64,000 bases of DNA from an uncultured delta proteobacterium. Its GTDB lineage: Bacteria; Desulfobacterota; Binatia; HRBIN30; BPIQ01. The notes beneath the pieces were generated by a model. It was not told where the DNA came from and ran no database searches. It saw nothing but the letters and a program-made list of their open reading frames with translations. Made by a program: the position numbers and the translations under genes. Positions 61,763 to 64,000 of this stretch are shown piece after piece. Within the stretch, counting starts at the first letter, position 1. The number at the start of each line of letters is the position of its first letter. The DNA lies in contig CAVXGR010000018.1 of the NCBI GenBank assembly GCA_963761335.1, positions 128,001-192,000 on the forward strand, given 5' to 3'.

Positions 61763-62821
61763 ATGTGCGGAGATGCGCAGACGCCGGCGGCGCTCGGGTT
61801 CCGCATGCCGGCGGAATGGGAGGAGCATGCGGCCACCTGGCTCAGCTGGCCGCACAATGCCGAGTCGTGGCCCGGCAACTTCGGGCCGATCCCCGGCGTC
61901 TGGGTGGAGATCGTGCGCGCCCTGCAGCCGCACGAGGCAGTCAACATCCTCGTCGATGACCAGCCGGCAGCGGCCGAGGTGGAGCGCCTCCTGCGCCGTG
62001 CCGGTGTGTCTCTCGACAACGTCGCTCTCCATCGCATCGGCACCGACGATGCCTGGATGCGCGATCACGGCCCCATCTTCGTGACCCGCGGCGCCGGTCC
62101 TGGCGCCGAGCTCGCGGCGATCGACTGGGACTACAACGCCTGGGGCGGCAAGTACCCGCCCTGGGAGCGCGACGACGCCGTGCCCCGGCAGATCGCCGAG
62201 CGCCTCGGCCTGCGGCGGTTTCACCCCGGCGTCGTTCTCGAGGGTGGCTCCATCGACGTCAACGGCCGCGGCACGCTGCTGAGCACCGAGGCCTGCCTCC
62301 TCAACCCGAACCGCAACCCGCAGCTGACCCGCGGCGACATCGAGCGGCTGCTGTGCGACTATCTCGGAGTGCGACGGGTTCTCTGGCTCGGAGACGGCAT
62401 CGAGGGAGACGATACCGACGGTCACATCGACGATCTGGCGCGCTTCGTCGGCCCGCGCACCGTGGTGACCGCCGTCGAGGAGGATCGCGAAGACGCCAAC
62501 TACGAGGCCTTGCGTCTGAACCTCGAGCGCCTCAGCGCCATGACCGACGAGAGCGGAGGGCGGCTGGAGATCGTCACCTTGCCGATGCCGCGGCCGATCT
62601 ACTACGACGGCCGTCGTCTGCCGGCGAGCTACGCCAATTTCTATATCGCCAACGGTGCGGTGCTGGTGCCGGTCTTCAATGACCCCGGCGATGCCACGGC
62701 TCTCGGCGTTCTCGGCGAGCTCTTCCCCGGGCGCCGCATCGTCGGCATCCAGGCGCGGGAGATGGTCTGGGGCCTGGGCGCGATCCACTGCGTCACCCAG
62801 CAGCAGCCGCGCCTGCGCTGA
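61763..62821 (+). CDS. aguA: Agmatine deiminase family protein
   Basis: MPAEW, WMRDHGP, EGGS, DDTDGHID, ASYANF and GAIHCVTQQ motifs. Start may be TTG 61745. Confidence 0.93.
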   Translation: MCGDAQTPAALGFRMPAEWEEHAATWLSWPHNAESWPGNFGPIPGVWVEIVRALQPHEAVNILVDDQPAAAEVERLLRRAGVSLDNVALHRIGTDDAWMRDHGPIFVTRGAGPGAELAAIDWDYNAWGGKYPPWERDDAVPRQIAERLGLRRFHPGVVLEGGSIDVNGRGTLLSTEACLLNPNRNPQLTRGDIERLLCDYLGVRRVLWLGDGIEGDDTDGHIDDLARFVGPRTVVTAVEEDREDANYEALRLNLERLSAMTDESGGRLEIVTLPMPRPIYYDGRRLPASYANFYIANGAVLVPVFNDPGDATALGVLGELFPGRRIVGIQAREMVWGLGAIHCVTQQQPRLR

Positions 62822-62867
62822 GTTTCCCATTTGCGCGCTCGAGCGGCCTCCAGTACGCTGCGGCGCG

Positions 62868-63314
62868 ATGGCGCGGCGCATACTCTTCCCCATGGACTTC
62901 ACCGAGGGATCGGAGCGCGTCCTGCCCTCGGTGGTCGACCTGGCGCGGCAGCTCGGCGCCGATCTCCACATCGTCCACGTCGTTCCGCAACCGCATCAGC
63001 TCGACCCCTTCTTCCGCCCGGGGCTGACGCCGGCGCGGTCGGTCGCCTCGATTCGCGAGCGGGCGGGGGCGCGGCTTGCTGACCTGCTGCGGAAATCGCC
63101 CGCGCCGTATCGGCTGCGCGTCGTCGATGGCGAGCCGGCGGCGGCGATTCTGGCGTCGACAGAGCGCCTGCGGCCCGATCTCGTGGTGGTGGCCATGCGG
63201 GCGCGGCGCGGGCTGGCGCGTTGCCTTCTGGGAAGCGTCGCCATCAAGGTCATCCGCGGCTGCGCGGCGCCGGTGCTGACGCTGCGCATGCCGGCGGGGA
63301 GTGTTGGCCGATGA
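62868..63314 (+). CDS. Universal stress protein
   Basis: ILFPMDF...DLVVVA...LGSVAIKVIR...PVL. Confidence 0.88.
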   Translation: MARRILFPMDFTEGSERVLPSVVDLARQLGADLHIVHVVPQPHQLDPFFRPGLTPARSVASIRERAGARLADLLRKSPAPYRLRVVDGEPAAAILASTERLRPDLVVVAMRARRGLARCLLGSVAIKVIRGCAAPVLTLRMPAGSVGR

Positions 63315-64000
63315 GTCCCACTGCAAAGCGCGAGGAAGCTGCGGAAAATCGCCTGACCTTCTGCGGGGCGGCGGGCACGGTGACCGGAGCCAAGTTCCTC
63401 ATCGAGGTCGAGGGGGAGACGGCGCTGATCGACTGCGGCATGTTCCAGGGACTCAAGGAGCTGCGCCTGCGCAACTGGAGCAAGCCGCCCTTCGACGCGC
63501 GCGCCGTCCGCTGGGTCTTTCTGAGCCACGCCCACATCGACCACTCCGGCTATCTGCCGCGGCTGCTGGCGGCGGGTTTCCGGGGGCGGATTCTGTGCAC
63601 GCCGGCGACCGCGGACCTGCTGCACATCATGCTCCCCGATTCCGCCAAGCTGCAGGAGGAAGAGGCCGCCTACGCGAACCGCAAGGGGTACTCGAAGCAC
63701 CATCCGGCGCTGCCGCTCTACACCGCCGAGGACGCCGCGGCGACCCTCGAGCGGCTGGAGCCGATTGCGCTCGGCGAGGCCCACGAGGTGTCGCCGCATC
63801 TGACGGTGACCCTGACGCGCGCCGGGCACATCCTCGGCTCGGCGTGCGTGGCGGTGGACGTGCGCCGTCGAGGTCGTCACACCCGGATCCTCTACTCCGG
63901 TGACCTGGGGCGCTACGATGCGCCGGTCCTGCGCGACCCGGTGCCGGTGCACGAGGCCGACCTGCTGCTGGTGGAGTCTACCTACGGCGATCGGCTGCAT
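63311..64000 (+). CDS. MBL-fold beta-CASP ribonuclease-like protein, 3' end runs off the window
   Basis: Translated by hand from ATG 63311: LTFCGAAGTVTG, IDCGMFQG, SHAHIDH, AGHILG, YSGDLG and ESTYG motifs. Confidence 0.9.
   Translation, partial: MSPTAKREEAAENRLTFCGAAGTVTGAKFLIEVEGETALIDCGMFQGLKELRLRNWSKPPFDARAVRWVFLSHAHIDHSGYLPRLLAAGFRGRILCTPATADLLHIMLPDSAKLQEEEAAYANRKGYSKHHPALPLYTAEDAAATLERLEPIALGEAHEVSPHLTVTLTRAGHILGSACVAVDVRRRGRHTRILYSGDLGRYDAPVLRDPVPVHEADLLLVESTYGDRLH

Overview
GC-rich bacterial window. Gene order (xerC-hslVU-argBDFG) and the many Pro/Thr-linker and Cys-rich secreted proteins suggest a deltaproteobacteria-like lineage such as Ca. Binatia; this is an inference. In order, the window holds: (1) a secreted scaffoldin-like protein missed by the ORF track, with at least 3 cohesin-like repeats, next to an FG-GAP protein ending in a dockerin-like motif; (2) an amidohydrolase and an M1 peptidase operon; (3) a cytochrome c gene heading two tandem DUF1800/DUF1501 cassettes split by a HEXXH protein; (4) moeA, ispF, a MOSC-FNR-ferredoxin gene and a decayed integron-like grpB cassette; (5) two paralogous histidine kinases with an Rsb-type partner-switching module, facing an ABC operon that has a triple substrate-binding protein and a STAS-fusion protein; (6) prkA-yeaH-spoVR, CBS/USP genes and an internally deleted ftsH; (7) REP/MITE-like repeats; (8) housekeeping genes (arg, hsl, xerC, tatBC), HDAC, a TMTC-like glycosyltransferase, tRNA-Gly, a degenerate PD-(D/E)XK and DGQHR pair, aguBA and a partial beta-CASP gene. 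All calls come from motif recognition by eye; no searches were run.
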